Origin: Octopus bimaculoides
Taxonomy: Eukaryota
Reading direction: 5' to 3'
Assembly: GCF_001194135.2 (NCBI RefSeq)
Contig: NC_068990.1
Coordinates: 13,878,333-13,940,266 of the forward strand
Length of the DNA stretch: 61,934 nt
Both the position numbers and the translations under genes were made by a program. The notes beneath the pieces are model-generated. The model was not told where the DNA came from and did no database searches. It was given only the letters and a program-made list of their open reading frames with translations. Positions 25,500-35,973 of this stretch are shown here, piece by piece (the first letter of the stretch is position 1; each line of letters begins with the position of its first letter).

Positions 25500-25965
25500 A
25501 TTGTGTCTGGGAAGAGACATTCTCTTTTACTGATTTATTACTTAACACACTCGTCGGTTCGATTTCTGCTCATTTACTTATTTATTCTTTCTAAAATGGT
25601 CCTTGTGTCTTGCAACCTCTTCAATAGTCATTGACTCTAACAATCTATATATATATGCTCGAGACGTTAAAGACTTTCTCTATTCCCGAGCGTTATACTA
25701 ATACATCCATTTGTTGTTTACACCACCTGTCTTCGTCTGTTGCTTTTTTCGTGAATTCTCCCATATATATGTATGTATATGTGTGTGTGTGTGTATATAT
25801 ATAAATATATATATATATATATTAGAGTCAACGACTGTTGAAGAGGATGCAAGACACAAAGAAAATTTTAGAGAAAATATATTAGTAAATGAGTGGAAAT
25901 TGAACCCGTGAGTGTGTTAATGTAATAAGGCACTAAAATGGAATATCTATCCCCAGACAAATAAA
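25500..25965. repeat. Inverted pair of an about 145-bp dispersed repeat (25500-25640 and 25820-25965)
   Basis: gtctgggaagagacattc...ttgactctaa versus ttagagtcaa...ccccagacaa; roughly 75-80% identity by eye. Confidence 0.8.
25655..25765 (+). mobile_element. Penelope-like terminal repeat fragment
   Basis: gctcgagacgttaaagactttctctattcccgagcgttatactaatacatcc...caccacctgtcttcgtc...gaattctccc; homologous to 58720-58845 (-) and 34776-34860 (-). Confidence 0.55.
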
Positions 25966-26035
25966 ATATGATCCAAAACACGAATTCACAAAAAGAATCT
26001 TGCGAACCAAATACTAAAACAAAATATGTATATAC

Positions 26036-26075
<40 letters not shown>

Positions 26076-26499
26076 ATGCATATTTATATACATATATATG
26101 TACATATATGCATATATAGATTTATATATATATATCCAAAGCAAACGTGTGTGTGTGTGTCTGTGCGTGGTTCTCAGCTCTTATTTTGTTTTTTGTTTTT
26201 TGCTTGTGTTTTTGTCTAGATTTCTTGCCAGTAGGGAAAGAGCCAGTTTCTAGCCTAGATTCAGGGATCCTTCATTAGAATTTTTAAACAAGTTCAAACA
26301 AGGCATTTGTGCATGTTTGTGGGTTATATTGGGATTCAGCGCATGTCCGGGTTTGTATGTTTTGTTTTATGTATGTATCCTCATGCATATATATAGTTGC
26401 ATGTCTAGACGTGCGCATATGTCCTTTAACGCTAAACGTTCGGAAAGTTTTTACAAATTTTGACAGTTCCATTGATGACTGTGTGTATCTGTATGTATG

Positions 26500-26794
26500 C
26501 AGATGGAGGAAGCAGGTTAAGGAGGGGATCAACACTTTTGAGAGAGCACGTATCCAGCATGAAGAATTTAAGCGAGCTGCGCGAAAATGTACGGCTCGTA
26601 TAGTGAATGGGGAAAGCTTAATCTGCAATGTTTGCAGTCGTGTATGCTTATCAAGAGCAGGGTTCATTAGCCACCAACGGAGCCATAAATGCAAAATGTA
26701 AGTTAGTACTAGAGCGCAAAATGTTCCTGAAGGTCGGCAATGGTCTTCCTCGGTCACGAGTGGACGGCCATCATGTATGTATGTATGTATGTAT
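26500..26794 (+). mobile_element. 5'-truncated RTE-type LINE 3' end with C2H2 zinc finger and (GTAT)n tail
   Basis: Open frame WRKQVKEGINTFERARIQHEEFKRAARK...CNVCSRVCLSRAGFISHQRSH (stop at 26701), a short 3' UTR, then (gtat)5. Confidence 0.8.
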
Positions 26795-26866
26795 CAGCTA
26801 AATGATATTGATTTAATTGACTACTTAAACATTAACAAATTTCAATAAACTTTCTATCAACCAATA

Positions 26867-27063
26867 CGAGAAGTACTGAAATGTTCCTGCCTCTGGGTAA
26901 AAGAAAATACAGGAGAAGTTAGTTATGATTTTATTCAACATATTCCCCTCTCGGATTTACACACTTACTGCAGCAGCCCTTCAATTTTTCTAAACCCTGT
27001 AAAAGAACTCGTAAGTCCCTTTGCAGTAGCCCATAAGGCCACAAACTTTTCAGCAATCCGTCG
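26867..27063. mobile_element. Mariner-derived MITE, second copy of the 22284 family
   Basis: ta|cgagaagtactgaaatgttcctg...aaagaaaatacaggag...tatgattttattcaacatattccc...aaacttttcagcaatccgtcg. Confidence 0.75.
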
Positions 27064-27370
27064 GACGATCGATTACAAGGTGGAATTTACTTCTTCATAA
27101 GTTGCGACCTTCTACGCACCTTACAAATTATAACTGTCAAACAAATCAAAGAGAAAACCTATATGTGGACAATTCGCATACTAGAAATAGTAACCAAATC
27201 TACCTGAAATATTCATACTGTTTATCTTTTAAAAAGCACATTCGATAATGTAGACCTTCGTACATTTAAAACTATGGGATGGTCGTAGCTGTAATGTCTG
27301 AATTCATAAATCTGCTTGAAATTTAACTATATATATATATATATATATATATANNNNNNNNNNNNNGACA

Positions 27371-27530
27371 GACAGAATGGTAGATAAGTAGATAGATAGA
27401 CAGACGGACAGACAGAATGGTAGATAAGTAGATAGATAGATAGACGGACAGACAGAATGGTAGATAAGTAGATAGATAGACAGACGGACAGACAGAATGG
27501 TAGATAAGTAGATAGACAGACAGACAGACA
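27371..27530. repeat. 40-bp minisatellite, 4 copies
   Basis: Unit gacagaatggtagataagtagatagatagacagacggaca. Confidence 0.9.
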
Positions 27531-27574
27531 GATGAATACTTGTAACTGTTCACCTGCTTTTTTTACTTTGTTTC

Positions 27575-27790
27575 TCAGTTGGCGGGTGCCAGAATCAGCA
27601 GCAGTTGAGCGCCAAAGAAAACGCATTGCAGTATTTAGATTCCTCTCTGTACGTTCTGAGTTCAAATCTCTGGGGGGAAACTTTGTTCTTCATTACTCCT
27701 GGGCCTATAAAATAAATATCAGCTGTATTGAAGTTAATTCAAATGACTACACCCTTCTAGAAAATTTGCGGCGTCCTGCCAATGCTAGAA
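27575..27790 (+). mobile_element. SINE family A, diverged
   Basis: gtacgttctgagttcaaatct...aactttgttcttcat...aaaataaatatcag. Confidence 0.55.
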
Positions 27791-27799
27791 GTCTTATAA

Positions 27800-27926
27800 A
27801 TGTGTATGCGTGTGTGTGTGTATGTCTGTGTGCGTGTCTGTGTGTGTGTCTGTGTGTGTGTGTACATGCATATATCTATATATGTATGTATGTATGTATC
27901 TGTAGATATATATGCATATGGATATA

Positions 27927-27974
<48 letters not shown>

Positions 27975-27990
27975 TGTGTATGTATACTCA

Positions 27991-28065
<75 letters not shown>
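27800..28065. repeat. TG/TA/CA low-complexity tract
   Basis: Direct observation. Confidence 0.9.
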
Positions 28066-28068
<3 letters not shown>

Positions 28069-28199
28069 CTCCTTTTGAATTATATTTATGATCATGTTAG
28101 TTTGGAAACATGTAATTGCTATTTCCGCCCAGCACACGCAACAAAACTGCAGTAATTGGCATAATAAGATGTTTACAGAGATATAAATATATAAACAAG

Positions 28200-28434
28200 A
28201 CGAGGAGGAGTGGAGTAGAAGGAGGGGAAGTAGAGGGGGGTTGAAAGAAAATGAAAGATGATGATGATGATGAATGAGAAGAAGAAGAAGAAGAAGAAGA
28301 AGAAGAAGAAGAAGAAAAGTTGATTATGGTGGTGGTGACGACGATGTTAATGACGATGGTTGTGGTGCTGGTGTTCAAGATGACTACGACAATGATTACG
28401 ATGATGATGAAAAATGATGGTCTCGATGACAGTC

Positions 28435-28476
<42 letters not shown>

Positions 28477-28494
28477 GTGGTGGTGGCGACGACA

Positions 28495-28532
<38 letters not shown>

Positions 28533-28545
28533 TCTGGTGCTGCTA
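28200..28545. repeat. (GAT)/(GAA)/(GGT) compound trinucleotide tract
   Basis: Direct observation. Confidence 0.9.
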
Positions 28546-29488
28546 CTACTAATTAAAGATACAGCCACGTGTATATATTTCCAGGAAAAATGTGAAAAAG
28601 AATTAGAATTTAAAGCTAACACACTTTTTAGTTTCCCGCAATTCGCCTCCTTGTTGTCTTAATCTGCAATCAGAAGTAAATTTACAACAAAAAAATTAAC
28701 ACGAAATTAACACGAAAATACGTTTTTCCCTTCTTGGTTTTCATTTTTTTTCCTCACAAACATTGCTGCTGCTGCTGCTGCTGCTGCTGGTGGTCGTCGT
28801 CGTTGTGGCGGTGGTGGCGGCGCTGGTGGCGCTGTTGTTGCTGATGTTTTTAAGTTAAAATTCAACGTTCATCAAGCAAGCCTTTGATCAAAGACAAGCA
28901 AACCGTAGTAACGTCGGTTTTTCCTTTTCTGCTTTGTATTTTTTTTTTTTTCAGTCGGTAGGCTTGCATATCGAAAGTATTCATCCCCTTTTTTAAGGCA
29001 CTAGAGCTATAATTTCGAATTCCCCCCACACACACACACACACACTTTTCTTAAGACACTAGGATATAATTCAGAGATGATTTAGCTCTTATTTCTTACG
29101 GAGTGAGTGACAGTATTGCTGCTCCTCCGTTGCTTGGTTGTATTTGTTCTGTCGCAAATCCACCCAGTTCAAGCAAACACATTTAGCTAAAGACATTGTA
29201 AGTTCAACCTTTCTGTCTTAATTTCAGGAACAGTACAATATCTATCAGATAACAACGTCCACTGAGCCCTATATGGTGTGAAGGGAATTTAACAGCAATT
29301 TTTGGCAGATTCCCTCCCTTGTCTTTTTTTCTTTCTTTTTTTTTTTTGTACACGTCTCATTTATAAGACGAGTCTCTCCTTAGTGTTTATGCTTCGTGGA
29401 TAATGCCTTAATAATACGAGAACATGTCCGAGGTTGTATTCTTTGTTTTCTGGAATAACTACAATACTATTCATAGCTTGATATTAGA

Positions 29489-29585
29489 TTTTCTTCATCC
29501 TTTCGAGGATGAAGAAAAGTAAGTACCAGTTGAACGCTGGTGTCGATATAATCCACTCGGCCCCACCCCGAAATTGCAAGCCTTA
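29489..29585 (+). mobile_element. SINE family A, 3' fragment
   Basis: ttcatcctttcg...taagtaccagttgaacgctggtgtcgatataatc...ccccgaaattgcaagcctt. Confidence 0.6.
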
Positions 29586-29948
29586 GGAAGCACTTTAGCT
29601 AAAGACATTGTTAGTACAACTATTCTGGTTGTATGTATGTATGTATGTATGTATGTATGTATGTATGTATGTATGTATGTATATATGTATGTATNNNNNN
29701 NNNNNNNNNNNNNNNNNNNNNNNNNNNNNNNNNNNNNNNNNNNNNNNNNNNNNNNNNNNNNNNNNNNNNNNNNNNNNNTATATATATATATATATATATC
29801 CTGTGTACTCAGTTGAGGTTGTATTGAATTAAAAACAGCCATATATATAGCATACTTAATGTATGCACATTCTCGCTAGGCTACTTTTTGCAGTATTTGT
29901 CTGAGAAAGTATCTTCATGACTCGTCGCAGTTTGTCCAAGTTCGCAAA

Positions 29949-30155
29949 ATAATATTTGTCTCAAATTCTCGCCCAAGGCCAGCAACTTTGAGGCAGGGTA
30001 AATCGATTACATCGACCACACTGCTCAAATTGGTACGTATTTTATCGACCCTGAAAGGATGAAAGGCAAAATTTGAACTCAGAACGTAAAGATGGATAAA
30101 GTGCTGTAAAAACATTTTTCCAACATGCTAACGAAGACCCCAGCTCGCCGCTTTA
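29949..30155 (-). mobile_element. SINE family A
   Basis: aatcgattacatcgacc...ttttatcgaccctgaaaggatgaaaggcaaa atttgaactcagaacgtaaag...gctaacg...cagctcgccgc. Confidence 0.8.
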
Positions 30156-31156
30156 TTCGTACAACAATATTGATAATCTCTTTCATCTACTTGCCATAAG
30201 ATTCAGTACCTCATGGACCAACGTGTCGCAGAATGAAGATAAGATGATTTTGTTCGTTGTATTATAACTGGCTGTTCTCTTAGAATTCGTAGTTTCTTGG
30301 GCCTTCAACTGTGGTTGTTGATTCTTCAGTTCTTCACCAATGTTCTTTTTCCAATTCCTTTCACCACGAATCAATCAAGTGACTTTTGCATCCACATACA
30401 GCAGTTGAACACTCTGCTCTGCGCTGTTAGTCTAATCGCTTAACGTTCTTCCTCACACCGATGTAAGACTTTAGAATAACTCTGGAGTTCTGTGCTTCAT
30501 CAGGACTTGCATATCAATGAAGAACCCATCCTAATTGCATGTGGCCTTCACAAGTGATGACATGCCTAAGGTGAACATCACCAAGGCCGAACACTTACAC
30601 CCATAGATTGTCTCCTATTACCCGACCACATAGTGTTCCAAATACTGGTCATTGCTTCCTTAAACTATTCTTATGAAGGCACAAGAAAACACTTCGATTT
30701 TAAAAGAAAAGGAAGCATGTTACTTCCTGTTTCTTTCTATGTTGAAATTCTTGGGGAAAGATGCACTGCTCTTTGTAACATACCTTAACCGTCTTTTTTT
30801 TTACCTTTACAAAACTTAACGTTGGCTTGGAAAACTAGCAAAACTCTCGTTATTACCTTTGTATCTAAATTTTATATCTCTTTTACGTGTTATAATACTA
30901 GAACCTACGTTTATACATCCGTTTTTTTTTTTGTTTTTTTTTGGAATTCTCATGTTTATCTGTGCGTTTTTATGTAAAAATTCCAGTTTCCTTATTTAAA
31001 TGTCGTTTATATTTTTCTCTGTCTTATTTTAAGTCTGTGTAATTATTCTCAAACTTTCTTTATTTTTTTTTTTTTTTTCAGGAGATGGTAGAATAGATGC
31101 TACTTCGCTTATGGCTAGCATCTTNNNNNNNNNNTATTTTTTTTTTTTTTTTCAGG

Positions 31157-31325
31157 AGATGGTAGAATAGATGCTACTTCGCTTATGGCTAGCATCTTTC
31201 AATGTAACTGCTGAAGAAAAAGGAGCCATGCTGAAAAATGACGAAACAAATGTTTACAAATAATATAAAGCATGAATCTGTCCAAGAACAAACTTTATGT
31301 TTTTTGTGTTGTTTTTTATCGCATT
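31157..31325 (+). other. Candidate non-coding or terminal exon behind a strong acceptor
   Basis: T16-CAG|GAG acceptor after a long T-rich stretch, and a donor-like ATT|GTAAGT at 31326. All three frames contain stops. Confidence 0.25.
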
Positions 31326-31467
31326 GTAAGTAAGGTGGATGCTCAAATGTTCCGAAGAGTTTTGTTTGGAGATAATCCAACAAAATTCTATTTTCGTTTA
31401 TGTGGGACGTGGTAACTCCTAAACTCTGCTGGAATCGTGTTGGAAACACCAGCTCACCTTAGATCCG

Positions 31468-31472
<5 letters not shown>

Positions 31473-31516
<44 letters not shown>

Positions 31517-31589
31517 CAACAGCATCATCAGCTGCAGCAACAGCTCTAGCAGCAGCATCAGCGCCAGCAGTAGCAGTAGCAGTAGCAGT

Positions 31590-31667
<78 letters not shown>

Positions 31668-31761
31668 CTTTTTTTATCCTTTCATTATTATATGTAAACA
31701 CCAACATTTTATGTCTGTCTCTGTTGTTCCCCTCACCCATCGCCCTTCCGGCAAATAAATG

Positions 31762-31816
<55 letters not shown>

Positions 31817-31891
31817 TGTCATTGTTGGTATTATCATTATTATTATTATTATTATTGTTGGAATTATTATTATTATTATTATTATTATTAA

Positions 31892-31945
<54 letters not shown>
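31473..31945. repeat. (TAA)/(CAG)/(GTA) and (ATC)/(ATT) trinucleotide tracts
   Basis: Direct observation. Confidence 0.95.
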
Positions 31946-32125
31946 AACGGGCATGTTGGGGCACCGCTTTGAACAGCTTTCGTCCAACGAATCGTCCCCA
32001 GTACATATCTTTTACAACATGGTACTTATTCCAGCGGCCTCTTTTCGTGAATCGCTAAGTTACGGAGAGGTAAACATACCAACACCAGTTATCAAACAGT
32101 GTTAGCGGGGAAAACACAGACACAC
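31945..32125 (-). mobile_element. SINE family B, 3' fragment
   Basis: gcatgttggggcaccgcttt...ggtacttattcc...gctaagttacggagaggtaaacataccaacacc. Confidence 0.65.
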
Positions 32126-32328
32126 ACATCTACGTACATACATACATACATACATACATACATACATACATACATACATACATACATACATACACACTCG
32201 ATGGAGTTACATTATTTTGTTTTTATATTGAGTTTTAATAAAATCAATTTTTACATTGAACTGATAGATTACTCAATATTTTTTTGCCGCTTATGTATTT
32301 ATTATTCCTTTTCAAGGAAAGTGTAGAT

Positions 32329-32394
32329 AGTGACTGTGAAGTTTCAGCCTGGCAGTCCAATGAAGGCTTAGCAGGCCGAAACTTCGAAGTCACT
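32329..32394. other. Isolated 23-bp stem / 20-nt loop hairpin
   Basis: agtgactgtgaagtttcagcctg pairs with caggccgaaacttcgaagtcact (20 Watson-Crick pairs, 1 G-U, 2 mismatches). Confidence 0.6.
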
Positions 32395-33044
32395 GACTAT
32401 GCTATTCTTGTAAAAGAATAATAGATGTGTGTTTGTGATTGTGTCAGTGCGCGTATATTTTTATTTATTACCTTTCTTTTATGCTGGCATATCTGAATAA
32501 TCATTTCTTTAATTTCCAAAACCATTTATCTGAGACAATCTTCTTGCCAAGATTTTCTGATTATTTCTGTTTTACAATTTCTTTGATTCTTTGATTGCAT
32601 GATTTTCTATCTTTGTTTCCCCATAAAATTATTTATTTATTCTCTTATTTCACCAACGCCGCAGAAATTATATTTTTCAGATCTTGTAAGAGAGACATGA
32701 TGTGATCTGCCGACTTGCTAGACATAACAGTTCTATATTTCTCAAATCACACCTGCAATGAGTTTTAACCAAAGATGGATACATATTATGCAGTGTTCCA
32801 GAATACATTATGTCTTAGTAAGAGGGTAATGGTAACAGATTGAATATTTCTGCTTATCAAATCTATTTGATTAGGTCAGATAAATAACCACTCAAACTGC
32901 TAAAGAAAATAATAATACTACCAACTAAATTTCCCTCAAATTTCACAGCCCGCCATTTTAATAAAAAGTATACATTTGGTAATATAGCCCAGGGCATACA
33001 TTTCCTGCAAGACTGAGACAGTCGTAAGTCTGGTTATTAAGAAG

Positions 33045-33148
33045 TATTTTGCGTTTTGCCCAATGCTATAAAACACTGGCCGTGCCAGGAATCGACCCCA
33101 TTGTATATTGTCATGAGTCCAACAATACAGCCACTAAGCCACACACCT
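33045..33148 (-). mobile_element. tRNA-derived SINE head fragment
   Basis: Reverse complement: ggtgtgtggcttagtgg (A-box-like) ... ggggtcgattcctgg (B-box-like) ... ttgggcaaaacgc. Confidence 0.55.
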
Positions 33149-33165
33149 TTAATCGAGCAGACTGC

Positions 33166-33235
33166 TCATCAGCATTATTGCTTTTACCTTCAAAAATACA
33201 TCATCAGCATTATTGCTTTTGCCTTCAAAAATACG
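33166..33235. repeat. 35-bp tandem duplication
   Basis: tcatcagcattattgcttttRccttcaaaaatacR, twice. Confidence 0.9.
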
Positions 33236-33682
33236 TCAAAAAAGTGTCGGGCGATATGACGGTTTATTTTTTAATTTCTTTAATTTTAAAACGATGATCT
33301 GTGGTCTTGGTCTGAGAGACATTTGACTGTTTTACCTTGCAGGTCGAACGATCAAAAAAAAAAAAGGATGATGATGATCAGTGAGGTAAATACTTAGAAT
33401 AGTCATTATTAGCTTTAAAAAANNNNNNNNNNNNNNNNNNNNNNNNNNNNNNNNNNNNNNNNNNNNNNNNNNNNNNNNNNNNNNNNNNNNNNNNNNNNNN
33501 NNNNNNNNNNNNNNNNNNNNNNNNNNNNNNNNNNNNNNNNNNNNNNNNNNNNNNNNNNNNNNNNNNNNNNNNNNNNNNNNNNNNNNNNNNAATGAAATTA
33601 TTAGGAAATATTGAGTGAAATTACAAGATTAGACGTAGTTGAAGCAATATTAAAATAGAACATAGGCAGAAGCCAATTTGGT

Positions 33683-33781
33683 TACGGACTAATGTGTGTT
33701 GATTGTAAGACTAATGAGTTACGGACAAATGAGTGTTGATTGTAAGACTAATGAGTTACGGACAAATGAGTGTTGATTATG
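33683..33781. repeat. 37-bp minisatellite, about 2.7 copies
   Basis: Unit gttacggacaaatgagtgttgattgtaagactaatga. Confidence 0.85.
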
Positions 33782-33874
33782 AGTGACTGTTGGATTATAA
33801 GACAGAAAAACGTTTTGTGTGTTCGATTTCATCCTGTAGAAGAAATGCGTACACATTCTTCTATTGCGAGTGTC

Positions 33875-34093
33875 TTCCTCCATTGGGCAAGTGACTTCCA
33901 GCGTAGCTCCAAGCTAACCAATACCATGTGAGTAGATTTGATTGAAGGAAACTGTGTAGAAACCTGTCTAAACAGAATTATATGTTTGTGTTTGTGAGTG
34001 TGTGCATTTGTTTCTATGTGTGTGTGTGTTAGCATGTGTTTGTTTATGTTTGTGCGTGTTTCTGGTGTCCGTGTATGTGCGTGTGCTTGTATT

Positions 34094-34177
<84 letters not shown>

Positions 34178-34375
34178 CTTATCCCCAGCCCAACTCGCTT
34201 CACAACTGGTGTTCGTTTGTTTACGTTTACGTGAAATAGCGATTTGGCTAAAGAAATCGATAGAATAAGTATCAGATTTTAAAAAAATAAATACTGATGT
34301 CGATTTGCTCGACTAAAGCCTTCAAAGTGGTGCTCCAGCATTGCCGTCGTCCAATTAATGAAACAAGTGAATGTT
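33875..34375 (+). mobile_element. SINE family B, diverged, with long internal (GT)n
   Basis: ttgggcaagtgacttcc...ggaaactgtgtagaa, then (GT)n, then gatagaataagtatc...gtcgatttgctcgactaaa...ggtgctccagcat. Confidence 0.7.
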
Positions 34376-34599
34376 AAAACATAATAACTACAGCAGTGCT
34401 CATTACCATCTTCCACGATCAAAGGGATACTTGAGCTCAGCAGAACAAACTAATGAAATGCCTGATTAATTACACACTGCTCCCGCTAATTATAGTAGGG
34501 CACTCGAACGGAAGAAATACATAGTGAAATGTAAAACTAACATAATGAATGTGGAAAGCATGATAACTTTAATTAACCAAATGCAAAGATGACAAACCA

Positions 34600-34775
34600 G
34601 AATTTTAAAAAAGGCCCGAAATTTTTAGGGAGGAGGGGCAGTCGATTAGATCAACCCCAGTACGCAACTGGTACTTAATTTATCGACCCCGAAAGGCAGA
34701 GTCGACCTCGGCGGAATTTGAACTCAGAACGTAAAGAGAGACGACATACCACAAAGCATTTCGCCCATCGTGCTA
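34600..34775 (-). mobile_element. SINE family A
   Basis: ggcccgaaattttt...gtcgattagatcaaccccagtacgcaactggtacttaatttatcgacccc...cggcggaatttgaactcagaacgt. Confidence 0.85.
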
Positions 34776-34860
34776 AAGATAGACGGGACAAACAAGAACG
34801 CCTGGGAAGTGAAAAAGTCTTTAACGTTTCGCGCCTACGCTCTTCCACAGAATGGAACAC
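34776..34860 (-). mobile_element. Penelope-like terminal fragment with hammerhead-like motif
   Basis: Reverse complement: ccatt ctgtgga a gagc gtag gcgc gaaa cgt t aaagac. Confidence 0.5.
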
Positions 34861-35973
34861 NNNNNNNNNNNNNNNNNNNNNNNNNNNNNNNNNNNNNNNN
34901 NNNNNNNNNNNNNNNNNNNNNNNNNNNNNNNNNNNNNNNNNNNNNNNNNNNNNNNNNNNNNNNNNNATATATACTCGCATGTCTATGCACATAGATACGT
35001 GTTTATATAATCATTAATTATGTATGCAACATCGTGTCTGGACAGTCTATTAATAGACAAAACTTCCTTTCATATGCAATTCTACATGCTTATCTCTCAG
35101 TAATCTCCCTTGATTTCTCTCTTCAAATCTCTATATTGATTATCATGATTATACAAACTATATTTCTGAATACTTCCGGTCTGGCTAATTATAAACATTG
35201 CTGTATCTCTGCTTAAGACATTGATATTCGTCTCTCATTCCGCAATCACTATGTATTGTCAACGATTTCGTGAGATTTCTTCCGCAGTTAAATGCTAACT
35301 AATATAAAATTTTCCTTATGAACTTCCTGTACTCTTTCTTCACCATCTATTTATATGCATAGATTTTATATGCGCCGCTTAGTTCTTCCTTGTTTCTTGT
35401 CTCCAGATAAGTAGCTTACATACTAAAGGCCATTGATTTCGCATAAAATGGCCATAAAGTTTAATTGTAAAATTTACACTTTTAAATCGAATTAATGTTA
35501 TGAAAGGATCCGCTCTGCTCTCTTCTGAAGTGAAAGCTTTGATTCGTCTGCACACATGTACACGCTCACAAACAAGTGCACACTTTCACACTTTACACAT
35601 ATATACATACATTTATATTGATATACATGTTCACACAGAAGTTCACGTACTTACATCCACGCATATGCACACGCTGACGCAACCACAAACAAACCTCCGG
35701 AACTCTCTTAACTCAAAAAGTCATGTCATTTTGTTACTGAATAGTTTCAAATTATATTGGAAACTTAACTAAATCTCAAAGAAAGGGTATGTGTGTGTAT
35801 GTACGTATGTGTTCGTGTGTGTGTGTGTGCGTGTGTGTATGTATGTATATATACACGGACATATATAAACATACATATATATATATGATATTTGTGCGTG
35901 TGTATGCGTGTGTGTGTGAACTTTAGGTTAATTAAAATGTGTTTGTGACACATTTAAATTCAAAAGACAAATT

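Noticed and set aside
30180-30600. Possible additional RTE 3' remnant on minus
   Set aside because: The motif similarity is too weak to call by eye.
31062-31199. Identical 63-bp duplication across a 10-N gap as a real tandem duplication
   Set aside because: Perfect identity flanking a placeholder gap indicates an unmerged contig overlap.
27371-33781. 35-40-bp repeats considered as CRISPR-like arrays
   Set aside because: The units are directly adjacent with no unique spacers, the context is eukaryotic, and there are no cas genes.
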